DNA from: a virus
Direction: 5' to 3' (one strand)
IMG/VR virus record: IMGVR_UViG_3300027917_001949
Coordinates: 88,754 to 152,753 of that record
Length of the DNA: 64,000 bases
The position numbers and the translations under genes were made by a program. Position 1 is the stretch's first letter. The number at the start of each line of letters is the position of its first letter. Of the stretch, positions 20,210 through 31,350 are shown piece by piece. Below the pieces are notes generated by a model. That model was not told where the DNA came from and searched no databases. It saw nothing but the letters and a program-made list of their open reading frames with translations.

Positions 20210-21400
20210 TTACCCAATGTCATTCTTTCTGGCGTCTCTTAGGATAGCAAACAAGTCGTCACGTGCGAGAAGGAGACGTTCGTTTATGTCGTTATTATTT
20301 GACAGTTCCTTGAGAACATCAAATGCCAAGTCTTGAGGTAACATGACAAAGAAGTCCGCAGCATTGTTAAGCTGTTTATCATTATAGTCATGTGATGTTT
20401 CTTCGCTTAAGCATTGCCCGATTTCATCAAGAGTAATACGAAGTAGGTCAAACCTAGTTGTACCATCACCTGCCTCGACCTGCTCAAGTATCCGGTCTTT
20501 AACTTTATCGAAACCATCAAATATCTCACGAGCTTTAATTGGTTTATCGATTTCAGTCTTAAGCGACTGCCAGAAGCTTGTCGCTGCCGCAGAACCTATG
20601 ACCATTTCTGCAACGTCCAACCAGTGTTTGCGTGGGATAGGTGTGCCTTTCTTAACCTTGTCGCTTATTAACAAGCTAAGAAATTCATAACCACGTGGAG
20701 TAGGAAGAATTTCAATCGGAATGTCGATTGACTCATTGCCGAGGAATGATTCCTCTATCGCAATAAAGTCTACAATATTCTGGTCAATCCCATGTTTACG
20801 TGCCCACTTCAACCAGTTATCTGTTGATGTTACGTACTTAATATGTACGAATCTGTTCATTAATGCAGGGTCAAGTTCTGTAACATTGTAATCCTGACCA
20901 GTGCCCGCATCACTTGACGGTGGATTACCGGCACATATTATCGGACAATCATCCGGTATTTCATGGGTATGGATACGTCGGTCAAGTACAATCTGAAACG
21001 CTGCCTGTTGAACGTCCTCTCGACCACGATTGAACTCATCGAAGAAGAGAGCAACTTTTTCACCTGGCTGAGGAAACCAACTGGGTGGTAACCAAACCAT
21101 TTTGCCAGCAATCGGTATGGTTGCACCGTCCTGTTCGCACATCGGACAATTGGTGAACCGTGCCGCAAACCCATATTCCGTACCACATTTTGGACAATAA
21201 TACAGTGAAGCAGGATGCCCAATAAGGTCACCAACTTCCATCTGACCGAGACGCAAGTCTCGTACTTTGTAGCCAAGAGCTTCATATACTGCTCTGGTAA
21301 TCTGACTTTTACCGATTCCATGTTTGCCCCACAGGAACGGTGTCAGACCGACTTCGCCACACCTTTTAAGAACCAATTCGATAAGTGCTATATCCTGCAT
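20210..21400 (-). CDS. MoxR/AAA_5-type AAA+ ATPase with Zn-ribbon insert
   Basis: GKHGIGKS, FFDEFNR, AGNP, LDPALMNRF, TPR; insert CPKC...CPMC. Confidence 0.9.
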   Translation of the reverse strand: MQDIALIELVLKRCGEVGLTPFLWGKHGIGKSQITRAVYEALGYKVRDLRLGQMEVGDLIGHPASLYYCPKCGTEYGFAARFTNCPMCEQDGATIPIAGKMVWLPPSWFPQPGEKVALFFDEFNRGREDVQQAAFQIVLDRRIHTHEIPDDCPIICAGNPPSSDAGTGQDYNVTELDPALMNRFVHIKYVTSTDNWLKWARKHGIDQNIVDFIAIEESFLGNESIDIPIEILPTPRGYEFLSLLISDKVKKGTPIPRKHWLDVAEMVIGSAAATSFWQSLKTEIDKPIKAREIFDGFDKVKDRILEQVEAGDGTTRFDLLRITLDEIGQCLSEETSHDYNDKQLNNAADFFVMLPQDLAFDVLKELSNNNDINERLLLARDDLFAILRDARKNDIG

Positions 21401-21420
21401 ATATATCCCCCACTGTAATT

Positions 21421-21450
21421 ATTATACCATAAAGCCCTAGTCACTGTCAA
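21421..21450 (-). promoter_or_regulatory. Sigma70-type promoter for the AAA/VWA operon
   Basis: TTGACA-18-TATAAT with TG extension. Confidence 0.7.
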
Positions 21451-22793
21451 CATCCTCTTTAGGCACGATTTGAAACCAACCGTCGAACGTCTCGTCGGTT
21501 AGCTTCGGTACTTGCGCCAATTTGTTGACCTGCCGTTTTGCGATGTTTCGCATTGCTCTCATCTGCCCAAATGAAAGTGGTCTACTGCTACTTTTGAACA
21601 TTACATCATTTACAAACGTAAACGCATTGCCGAGATTAAGTTCAAGCAACCGGTATCCGAGTTTGCGTGCTTCTTGTTGTTCCTCTATCTTATCATCTGA
21701 GGTCATACAGGCATCAAGATAGAGTTTAGTAGCAAGACTCCTTTGTTTATCGGATAGTTCACCCTTAACAATTATCTGACTTTGGAGACTGTCAACCAAA
21801 GAACGTAGCCACGGTAATCTAGCCCTCGTCTCTTCTAGTCTGTCCCACAAAGTGGCATTACCAGGAAGTTTTGCCCTGAACTCTTCCAGAGCTTTCTCCC
21901 TGTCAGCCATGGTAAAGCTGTCTTGGGGTATCTCCCTCCAATCGAGCTTATGACTAGTCACTGATTGAAATATGTTACGCTTTCTTCGATTCGCCATCAT
22001 CAAGCTTATCCAGTCCTTTCAATCCGTCCGTACCAAACCATTTTGACATTGTGTCTGAAAATTCACTATCTGTCACACTACTGCCAATTCCGAGGTTAAT
22101 CACACCAAGAATAAGCATATACTCCAATGCTATCGACACAGCAATAGATTGTGGGTCACTTACAGCCAGTGCTCCCATCGCAAACTTATTTGCCCTGTCC
22201 GTGAGGAACTTGTACAAAGTAGGGTTCGTGGTCTGTAATGCTGTAAGCTGTTCGTCCAGCCACTGTTGAACCTGCCCCTGTGTTATGCTTTGGTTCAACG
22301 CTTTGAACTGCTCTCTTATATGTTTATCTGTGATTACTGGCAGATTTTCCATATTTTCTCCCTACATTTCGATGAGTATAATAACACCGAGTCGGGCAGG
22401 TGACGAATTAACTCCTCTGGTCAACTCGCCCCCTGCACCGCAACTCCCTTACTGAAAGTGTCTGCGGTAACCGAAGTTAACTGGTTCGCCACCGGTCTTT
22501 GGTTTCCTTCGTGATGTTATTACAGTTGACCATAGCATTGTCCATACCTTGCCAACACGCAGTACAATAACTATCGCATATACCAATAAGACGCTCTGTA
22601 ACGCAGTAAGCCAATCGATAGATGCAACGGTTGGTAGTAGCGATGGTACAACATAATTCCACAACACCATGACAAGCAATGCCACCGCACATGCGGTAGC
22701 CCCTGCTGTAATTGCAAGGACTAACGCACTAGCGATTATGCCGATGAGAAAACCAACACCGACAGCAAACAATGATAGCGGATTTAATTTCAT
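21437..22793 (-). CDS. Three hypothetical genes (21437-22003, 21975-22352, 22449-22793 membrane protein)
   Basis: ORF track; hydrophobic helices in the third. Confidence 0.7.
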
Positions 22794-23551
22794 TATTCAC
22801 TCTCCGCCAACGCTTTGAGTGCGTCCTCAATATTCTGCTGTGGTACTTCCGGTTGACTGGTAATCACAATGTCCTTACCAGCAAGTTTATCTTCCGCCAT
22901 CTTGTTGAGTGCATCCATGTAGTTATCTGAGTAATCATCATGACGGAATGGTTTTGAAAACTTGCCGATAACCTGAGTTATCAGGTCAACCTGAACATCT
23001 GATACCTCTGATGCAGGTACTGCCGGTGATTCCTTCATCTCACCTGACCAATAAAGGGTTGACAACACCAGACTCTTACCGGTGGGGCGAATAACACAGA
23101 GGTTTTCCCTCCGACTTATTGCCACCTTACCCACAGCAACCTTACCAGTTTTCTTCAATCCTTCAAACAGAAGGTTGAAGGCTGTGACCCCGACTTCGTC
23201 CGGTGAAATATGGTATGTCTTATCGGTCAGTAAAGGATTAACATCACCTGCCTGAACGAACCGGTCAATCTCGATGTTCTTTGTGGTACTTAATGGTAGG
23301 CTATCGAGTTCCTCTTTCGTAAAGGTAACCACCTGCCCTTTACTTATCTCGATACCTTTGATAATGTCAGCCTCAGTCAAATCCGCATTACATTTCTTAC
23401 AGATTTTCTTTCTGCCACCATTACCCATATCATCTTTGTGGTACTCGTGCAGGTTGCTCTTAGCTTCCGTTGCTACCCCGCCAAGTCGTACTGGTATGAG
23501 GAATGTACCACCAATGGAAATTGTCATTTTCCATCCTCTACTTTGTGCCAT
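22793..23551 (-). CDS. ku: Ku DNA end-binding protein
   Basis: WKMTISIG..IPVRL, DIIKGIE...VTFTKEEL..LP...IEI.RFV, YHISP, D.Y...L...I..K. Confidence 0.9.
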   Translation of the reverse strand: MAQSRGWKMTISIGGTFLIPVRLGGVATEAKSNLHEYHKDDMGNGGRKKICKKCNADLTEADIIKGIEISKGQVVTFTKEELDSLPLSTTKNIEIDRFVQAGDVNPLLTDKTYHISPDEVGVTAFNLLFEGLKKTGKVAVGKVAISRRENLCVIRPTGKSLVLSTLYWSGEMKESPAVPASEVSDVQVDLITQVIGKFSKPFRHDDYSDNYMDALNKMAEDKLAGKDIVITSQPEVPQQNIEDALKALAESE

Positions 23552-23756
23552 TTTTCACCTCAATCCTGAAAATGTCTTATATTTCCGGTATCTGTAAATG
23601 CCGGTCTTACGCAGTCTCGTAGATGTTTCAATCCAGAGGTAGGTTTGTTACTGTATTCGGCATCTTGTATTTCCGCATCAATAACGTCGGCTATCCTCTG
23701 ACGTGCTTTTTCATCTGATATTTCTTCTTTAAAACCCATGCACTTCCCCCATTATA

Positions 23757-23785
23757 ATTATAGCAGATGCCAACGATAATGTCAA
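23757..23785 (-). promoter_or_regulatory. Sigma70-type promoter upstream of ku
   Basis: TTGACA-17-TATAAT. Confidence 0.8.
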
Positions 23786-24456
23786 CTGTTAGACTTATTC
23801 GCCAGGATTTCCGAGTTGAGCAATATCATTGCCACTTTTGGATTAATTTTCCGTTTTTCAAGCGTATTACGTATCATCATAGTTTTATCGGTATCCCACA
23901 GTAATTTAAGTATTGATAGTAAATCATCTTTAGTTAGTTTCCACTTTGTGCCACCAAACTGAGCATACCATAAACCATTTTCGCACCGGAAACTCAGACC
24001 TATGTTGCCACACTCCTTCCGTAGTTTGTTAAGATTCACAACTCTATCAAGCTCTTTCTTCTTTTCAACATGTGCCTTCGCTTTCTCTACCCTCTCTTCA
24101 TATGTCGGCTCTACCGGTACATTGTATGTACCATCATCAACATTGCCCGTCCAACAGTTGAAGAAGCTCTTACAAGTTTTGTCACACTCACACGACAATC
24201 CTTTAGCACTTGTCACACTACCCCACACATGAGGTCGGCATTGTGGGTGAAGTATTATTGGTGGGATATTGACATCTGTAACCTCTTGGCTAAACGGATT
24301 CCACCTACCACCACTCTTATATCCTGCGTTGGTAGCGTGACAGTGTGGGCATTCCATTTTGTTTAATTGGACACCATGAATGGCACGCTTCTTCGCCTTA
24401 TCTCTAATCGATAATGTAGTGAAATCGTTACCACATATATTACAGTGAAACTTCAT
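23782..24456 (-). CDS. Zn-ribbon protein with variant Cys module
   Basis: CNIC...CPHC; CECDKTCKSFFNCWTG. Confidence 0.75.
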   Translation of the reverse strand: MKFHCNICGNDFTTLSIRDKAKKRAIHGVQLNKMECPHCHATNAGYKSGGRWNPFSQEVTDVNIPPIILHPQCRPHVWGSVTSAKGLSCECDKTCKSFFNCWTGNVDDGTYNVPVEPTYEERVEKAKAHVEKKKELDRVVNLNKLRKECGNIGLSFRCENGLWYAQFGGTKWKLTKDDLLSILKLLWDTDKTMMIRNTLEKRKINPKVAMILLNSEILANKSNS

Positions 24457-24550
24457 TTATACAGTGCCAAAGCATAGTCCATATACTGCTAACGCTACCA
24501 CCAAACCAACGACTATGATGTATATAGCCTTGAGTGCGTTTTCAGTTATG

Positions 24551-25563
24551 TCAATTTTGATGATTTTCATCTACTTCCCCATCCTCTATTATTTTAGCAC
24601 GAGCCGCAATTTTTTGCAAGTCCACTCCATTCATTGCCAAGAACCTATCTATCAACTCATGAATGGTTGGCTCTTGCATACCATTGAACGGTACTTTGGT
24701 CAAGTCTTTATCGACATTAATATTCAAGGCATCACCGGAGTAGCATTTGAATTTTAATTTGCAATCCTTACATATATGGTCGTAATCGAGCTTGCCAAGA
24801 CACCGCTTGTCGGTGAGTAGTTTGTATTTCTTGTTATCAAAGGTAAGGTAAATCGGTTTGCCAGGAGCTTCCTTTAGCTCCTTAATTTCAGCCGTAAATA
24901 CAACAGTATCATCCATTATTAACCTCTTTCTTTTTTAGATATGCTACCCAATAATCGGCAGCGTCCACTCTAACATCCCTACGACCACGACCTGCACCAC
25001 GACCACGCCACCGTATACCCCACCGTTGATGAACAAGAAATTTACTACACAAACGTCTGAACTCCTGCCCCTCTTTATCATTAGGTACTTCGAATGTGTA
25101 ATTTACGTCAATAGATACAGAATTTAATTGTCTACTTGTGACACAAGCAAACTTGTCATGACAACTAAGACATGGTTCATCATCATAATTAGGAGTGCCA
25201 ATCTCTTGTCTACACCTTGCTATTCTTCTATCTACCGGTTTCATCGACTGGTACATCTAATCCCTCTTTCTTTAGGGTATAACATTTGAATCTATCCTCA
25301 CATACCCCACAAGCATCCAGTGCCCTGAACGTATGACAATCTCTAACGTCTACGAAGTCTTTCATTTGAGATGTATTTAGTATCCAAGAATTACCGTCCT
25401 CGAACGCTAGCCAGAAGCTGTCTTTACCTACCTTATGCCCGATGTATCTAATCCAACCAAACTTTCCGAGAAACGTCTCTTCTCCGATTCTGCCGGTTTC
25501 CTTGACATAGACTCTATCACCGACATGGTATGTATTAGTCTCTAACCGTAATGATTTACTCAA
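24551..25563 (-). CDS. Three consecutive genes each with the CxxCxx[RK]FxC module (24551-24916, 24909-25256, 25228-25563)
   Basis: ICKDCKLKFKCYSG; PCLSCHDKFACVTS; ACGVCEDRFKCYTL. Confidence 0.8.
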
Positions 25564-26488
25564 TGGTATCTATCTGCTCAACAGTTTTATCAAGTCTGAT
25601 ACCCCTGAACTGAGGATGCCGTATCGAACTAACACTACCATCAATATTGCGTATAATACCATAATGTTTGACCGTAACAACAATCTCCGGTATCACTGTA
25701 TACACGTCACCTTGCTTGCCGGTAGTAATTAGCTGTAGTTTCTTGAGCATATCCTCTTTCGTCATGGTCTTTGAGCCAAATCCACCACCAACTCTTGTGA
25801 GTCTTTCTACCTTACCATCAACCATATGCCCTACGACCACCGTCAAATTTTTTGCCCTCTTTGTACCGGTCTCGTATCCCATAATCACAAGGTCAGCATC
25901 TGCCACATACTTACGCTTTGCCCATCTCCCTGTCATACCATCGATGTATCTGGATAGGGGGTCTTTCACTACTACACCCTCAAACCCCGCACTAACCACC
26001 TTATTAAAGAAGGCATCAAGCTCTGCCTGGTTGTTGCATATTGCCATCGGTACGAGTCCAACCTTCTTGTTGTAGAACGTTTGACGTTGTAGTAATTTCC
26101 TGATTTCTATATGGTTAGATGTTTTCCACACTTCCTCGCCATCATACTTCAAACAACCGAACACTCCCAAGTTTAGGTCATCATCCAACTTGTGACGTGC
26201 GAAGTCATAGAAGTTATTCCCGCCACCATATACCAACTCAGCTAAGAACACGCTATCATCTGGTATATCTATTTGAGTCACCGGCATGTCAGTGCGTATC
26301 CTACCATGCTCTGGTTTGTTTGCGAGATAAATGTCTCCCTGTTTCTTTATCAGATATTGAAACTCACCGTCCAGTTTAACCTCGGCAATGTTAGGAAATG
26401 AAATGTAATCACCCTCTATTTCCATGAAAGGTAATCCCTGATAAAGTGGGCTATTCTTATCTTGATATGTTTTCATAATGTCCAACAC
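25556..26488 (-). CDS. lig: ATP-dependent DNA ligase (minimal adenylation + OB domains)
   Basis: Motif I EVKLDG, AEL, EGVVVK, WAKRK, VGGGF, SIRHPQF.GIRLDK. Confidence 0.9.
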   Translation of the reverse strand: MLDIMKTYQDKNSPLYQGLPFMEIEGDYISFPNIAEVKLDGEFQYLIKKQGDIYLANKPEHGRIRTDMPVTQIDIPDDSVFLAELVYGGGNNFYDFARHKLDDDLNLGVFGCLKYDGEEVWKTSNHIEIRKLLQRQTFYNKKVGLVPMAICNNQAELDAFFNKVVSAGFEGVVVKDPLSRYIDGMTGRWAKRKYVADADLVIMGYETGTKRAKNLTVVVGHMVDGKVERLTRVGGGFGSKTMTKEDMLKKLQLITTGKQGDVYTVIPEIVVTVKHYGIIRNIDGSVSSIRHPQFRGIRLDKTVEQIDTIE

Positions 26489-27002
26489 CTGAATCTATAT
26501 TTGCAACCTCGACATGCCTTGTCTCGTGTTAGGTATTTAGGATTTCTTAGGCTACCAAGTCTGGTTATTCCTTGACACTCGCTGAGGTCATGGTCAAATA
26601 CGTTTCCGTCTGGATAATTCATACTATACTTTTTACGCATTGACTCACATACATCTATGTACCGCTTCCTCACTTCGTACTCCAACACGCAAATCGTGCC
26701 TTGCACTCGCTACAATCATCTGGTGTAAGTGCCGTACGCCTACAAAAGGCAAAGATTGTAATATCGGATATACTCTCCCTTTCACGTGTTTCCACAACCA
26801 ACTCTGCTTTTAGTTTTCGCCATGCCTTGACAAATGCTTCTGTATACGCTACCGGTGTATTTGCTATTAACCTTGCGACTGCCGCAGCCGACTTCTCCAT
26901 CTCCTGTCTACCGGCTGCACGGGTGACAGGAACAGATGTTATGTCATATAAGTCACTATCAGCGTCACCTGCCAACATAATCTTTGGTTCGTTAGCTTCC
27001 AC
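26473..27002 (-). CDS. Two genes with C-terminal CxxCxxRFxC module (26473-26706, 26670-27002)
   Basis: ACRGCKYRFRCWTL*; FCRRTALTPDDCSECKARFACWSTK*. Confidence 0.75.
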
Positions 27003-27234
27003 CTACTATTATCCTTTTATTCTTTGGGTCTGTTATCCAGTGCCATCCAATATGACATTCCTCGCAATATACAACCACATCTAACCAATATCGACTACAA
27101 TGATGAACTGTTAGATGTGTCACCACACCGCAATTCTCACAGTGACCTACCCACTCTCTGATGTGCCGTAATATTCTAGTTTTGAGTATACCGACACGAG
27201 CTTTTTCCTCGTCCCATACGATGAGTGCCGTCAT
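26992..27234 (-). CDS. Small HNH-like/Zn-binding protein
   Basis: CENCG...LTVHH...YCEECH..WH resembles an HNH core. Confidence 0.5.
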   Translation of the reverse strand: MTALIVWDEEKARVGILKTRILRHIREWVGHCENCGVVTHLTVHHCSRYWLDVVVYCEECHIGWHWITDPKNKRIIVGGS

Positions 27235-27588
27235 TCGGTTAGTAAGTATCCTATTGCATTTTCAACCCGTAGTGCTTCCAGAAACCACTCACTCATACTC
27301 GTATTGTATGCCTCGTAACGGTCAACCAACTTCGGATTAAATTGACGTACCAAGTGCAACCCACAGTCATACTTATCTAATTCTTCCTCGCAATCACAGA
27401 AGTTTAAGTATGCCGCTTTCAAGTTTTTATTTGCGTGTTTAAGTAACTTTTCCAGTCCTTTTAGTTGTTTGTCCCGCCTCATTTTGTCCTCTTTAATAAT
27501 AGCGATAACCAACCCAGAACGCAACCCAAGAGAAATCCTCCGATGGCACAGAGACAGATGAGTCCTGTCCATTCAAAGATAGTATCCA

Positions 27589-28767
27589 TTAGTCACCGCC
27601 TGCCTTAAAGTTGTATACTGGTTTCATCATAAACTCAATATCAACGGTCTCACCGATAGCATCGACTATCATGTCTTTATCCTTGTACGCCATCGGTGAC
27701 TCGTCGATTGTATCCAGTGTTGCGGTAGTAGTATAAATACCGTCCATCTGAGCCGTAAACTCATCCATTGATAGGGTTGCTTTTGCTTTCTTTCTCGATA
27801 GGATTCTTCCAGCCCCATGCGGTGCGGAGTAATTCCATTTCTGATTGCCCTTACCAATACATACCGCAACACCGTCACGCATATTGAATGGTATAACTAA
27901 CCGTTCACCATCATGTGCCGCAACTGCACCCTTACGGATGATTTTATCTTTGAAATTGATGTAATTGTGAACTGTATCGAAGGCATTGTCCGGTGATATA
28001 ATCTTACCACCTGTCTGAGAAGTCGCTACACCGAAATAATTGAGTATAATCTCAAGCATGATACCACGATTTAGTGTGGCGTAGTGTTGTGCTATTCGCA
28101 TTGCCTGTAGATATTGATAACCACCATGTTCCATTGGTAAATACTCAAGATTATGATAAGCTGATGCCCCTACGAACATTTCTTTCAATAATTCTTTAGC
28201 TTTATTTTGGTAGTAATTTGCAATCTTTAACCCGAAATTTCTGCTACCGGAATGAACCAGAAGCCAGTACGTACCATCCTCTGCTTCGTCAATCTCGATG
28301 AAATGGTTACCACCACCAAGAGTGCCAAGCGAACCTTTAACCCTGCTTGACTCTTGTTTTGTCTCATTTGCATAGTACATAATCTCACTATCATCCGGTA
28401 TGTATGAATCTGGTCGATAGCCGTTTATCATTCGCTGTGAATAATTTCTTATACTGAATCCACTTGGTATATTAGCCTTGATAAAGTTGTCAAGTTCCTC
28501 GAAATCGATTGAGTGAACTGGTAACGGACATGACAACACACCACAGCCAATATCTACTCCTACTACGTTCGGTATAACATAGTTATTCATCTTTGCTGTG
28601 AAACCAATGACCGCACCAGCACCAGCATGACAGTCTGGCATGATTGCTATGTACGTTTTAGCAAATGCCGGATGATTCAAGAATGAGTATATTTGTTTTA
28701 CCGTTTCCTCATCTATCTCATCAATCATGACATTTGCCGAGTTGTATTTACCCTTGTATGTTATCAT
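27589..28767 (-). CDS. rtcB: RtcB RNA ligase
   Basis: MPDCHAG, VGVDIGCG, GTLGGGNHF, HSGSR, HNY, IPFNMRDG, SAPHGAGR, DESPMAYK. Confidence 0.95.
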   Translation of the reverse strand: MITYKGKYNSANVMIDEIDEETVKQIYSFLNHPAFAKTYIAIMPDCHAGAGAVIGFTAKMNNYVIPNVVGVDIGCGVLSCPLPVHSIDFEELDNFIKANIPSGFSIRNYSQRMINGYRPDSYIPDDSEIMYYANETKQESSRVKGSLGTLGGGNHFIEIDEAEDGTYWLLVHSGSRNFGLKIANYYQNKAKELLKEMFVGASAYHNLEYLPMEHGGYQYLQAMRIAQHYATLNRGIMLEIILNYFGVATSQTGGKIISPDNAFDTVHNYINFKDKIIRKGAVAAHDGERLVIPFNMRDGVAVCIGKGNQKWNYSAPHGAGRILSRKKAKATLSMDEFTAQMDGIYTTTATLDTIDESPMAYKDKDMIVDAIGETVDIEFMMKPVYNFKAGGD

Positions 28768-30281
28768 CCTCTACCTCTACTGTCACTGTCACTTTCTTGC
28801 CAATAAGTTTGTCAAAGTCAACGTGGTCTTTGTACTCGTCCCAACTCTGTAGCCGAACGAACATTCCCTCATCCTTATCATCGTTCGGTACGAACTGGTA
28901 CATCTTTGCCATTCCACCATCTTCCACCGCAATCCAATCCTCATCGACAATCTCTGTAACCTGAAAAACTATAGATTTTTTATCCATTTTTATTGCCTTT
29001 TATTAACTGTTTTAACATAAATTTCTGTTATTTTATGCTATTTTATTGCCGTTTTTTAACCGTTATTTTCGTCATTTTTTACTGATTTAGCTTCAGATTT
29101 TCCGGTTTCACTGGAGATTTCCGGCTTATTTCTAAAATTACGCACTTCTGAACCGCATAAAACACACTTTAGATAGTGCTGTTCCACACCTTTTACCCAA
29201 TCCTTTTCCCATGCCATCGTTCCGTTCGCACACCTAGTACATGGGTATGCCCAGAAGTCACCATCGAATGTCTTGACCACCTTAGTTCTTGGTTTCATAC
29301 TCTGCCTCTTCCTTCCGGTGTCTACATGATGGACACAGGCTTTCAAGAATGTCGTTATCGCTCGTTGATATTATGTCTAGGTATGCCTCTACCATCGAAC
29401 CTTCGATAATTTCCTCAAACAATTCTCCACAGTTGATGCACTTAAACTTGAATGCTTGTCTCATACCCAACTGACTAAGAGCCTGATTATGAATCAGTTG
29501 CTTGATATTTCCAGGCAAATCGATAAAGTCCATCCCATATTCTTCTTTGGCTATCTTATCTTCCAATGTCTCTGTACTATGAACCATCATCCCCTTCCCT
29601 CAGAGCATCGAACTTTAGTGCCGCTTCGATGCTTAATTCTTCAAGTTTTCTCCTCGCTTCTTTCATTTCCTGCCAGACTTCCATTCCTCGTTCTGTTCTT
29701 ATCTCATCGATAAGCCTTTGCTGTTCTTCCTCATCAATGTTCATTTGCCTGCCCCTCATATTGCTCTCGTTCTCTATTAAGAGCCACTTTTACTTGGTTG
29801 CGTAATATATATGCTGTTAGGTTAGTATCCAAAGTGAGATAGTACGTTAATGCCCTCAGTTCAAGAACGGATAACCCGTCAAGCATTGGTTCAATTTTTC
29901 GCCAATACTCTCTATTAGCTTCCCAGAATCCTTCTGGGGCTACGAGATTACCATGTTCATTGAAATGAATTTTAGTTGGGTCGCTGTTCTGCATTATTAA
30001 TGTTTCTCCATAACCACTTGTGCAGGGCATTACTATATCCACCACTACAAAATTTCTTATGGATACAAGTGATGCAAACTCCTGCCGAACACGCTGTTCT
30101 AATCTTTATCATTTAATTTCTCTATTATCTTATCTAGTGCCGCTTTTAGTTCTGGTGACATGATTGACTCCTCTGTTGGTTCAGGTGGCTGTCTATATGG
30201 GTTTGTTTCCCACAGCCGTGACCAGTCAATGATAAATGGATACTCTGTATACTTGTCGCTATCCATACACTCTCCCATCAT
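28748..30281 (-). CDS. Run of six small hypothetical genes, two with CxxC pairs
   Basis: ORFs 28748-28987, 29056-29346, 29282-29590, 29577-29759, 29734-30045, 30099-30281. Confidence 0.6.
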
Positions 30282-30282
30282 T

Positions 30283-30312
30283 ATTATACCATATAGCCAC
30301 GCTATCAGTCAA
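30283..30312 (-). promoter_or_regulatory. Probable sigma70 promoter
   Basis: TTGACT-18-TATAAT with TG extension. Confidence 0.6.
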
Positions 30313-30766
30313 CCGGATGAAAGATGCCGTCCACCATCTCCTCCACGAAATATTCGTCCTCTGTATCATCACCATGCTCACCTTCGAACAGGCTAGTCCA
30401 GTCACCTAACGTATCTTTCGCTTCATCGTCCGTCTCTCCATATACAAAATAGGTTGTATAACTGGTATATGTCTGAGTAATACGGAATTTTCTAGCTTTG
30501 ATACTTAAACATTTGAAACGGTAACCACACTTGTCACACATGTCACTGCCACCATGTACAACCTGGCATGCAAGCATTTTCTGCCGATACTCAACTTTCT
30601 TCCCTCGACATTCCCTACATTCACCCTCATGTGATTGATTCTTACCACAGTGAGGACACCTATACCATGTCAGTTTCCTGCCGGTGCGTACGTAATGACA
30701 GTCCTTGCAGTAACCATGATATGTTGGTACACCTTTCTTACCACAGCCGACACATGTGTTAATCAT
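30305..30766 (-). CDS. Zn-finger + CxxCxxRFxC protein, paralog of 30973-31350
   Basis: CPHCG...CREC; ACQ...MCDKCGYRFKCLSI. Confidence 0.75.
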   Translation of the reverse strand: MINTCVGCGKKGVPTYHGYCKDCHYVRTGRKLTWYRCPHCGKNQSHEGECRECRGKKVEYRQKMLACQVVHGGSDMCDKCGYRFKCLSIKARKFRITQTYTSYTTYFVYGETDDEAKDTLGDWTSLFEGEHGDDTEDEYFVEEMVDGIFHPVD

Positions 30767-30972
30767 CGTCGTTCCAATAATCCAGTGTTAGTGTGTCTCC
30801 ATCTGGGCAATGTAAGTAAATACCATATCCATGTTCTATCCAGTATCCATCAGCTTCGAGTTCTGCCAATAGAGCTTCGTATCCCTTACGATAGTGTGCC
30901 ACAGCAGACTTATTTGCCCATCTCTCTCGATGGACATAGTAGTATAGTTCTACTAATGTATATCTACGAAAA

Positions 30973-31350
30973 TCATTTTGGTCTGACATAATAATTCTGG
31001 TCTAATTCCTCAACGTCTGTATCGTCGCCCCACGAGTTACTATTACCTTCCTCGTATACGTCTCTACCATTATCCCACACCAGTTCCCGTGCCTCATCCT
31101 TGTTCGTTGCATAGACGATACAACTATCGTAGCCGGAATAATACTCCATCACATGGTATCGTTTCATTTTAACAGTATGACACTTGAATCGAAAGTCACA
31201 ACACTGACACGCATCGATAGGTGTGCCAATAATATATCCACATTTAAGTATTTCCTGCCGGAGTTTTTCACCACGCATTTCACAATACCAACATGAATCA
31301 TATTGGTTATGTATTCGCCCACATTCAGGACATTTCCAAGTATTAGCCAT
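30973..31350 (-). CDS. Zn-finger + CxxCxxRFxC protein, paralog of 30305-30766
   Basis: CPECG...CWYC; KCG...ACQCCDFRFKCHTV. Confidence 0.75.
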   Translation of the reverse strand: MANTWKCPECGRIHNQYDSCWYCEMRGEKLRQEILKCGYIIGTPIDACQCCDFRFKCHTVKMKRYHVMEYYSGYDSCIVYATNKDEARELVWDNGRDVYEEGNSNSWGDDTDVEELDQNYYVRPK

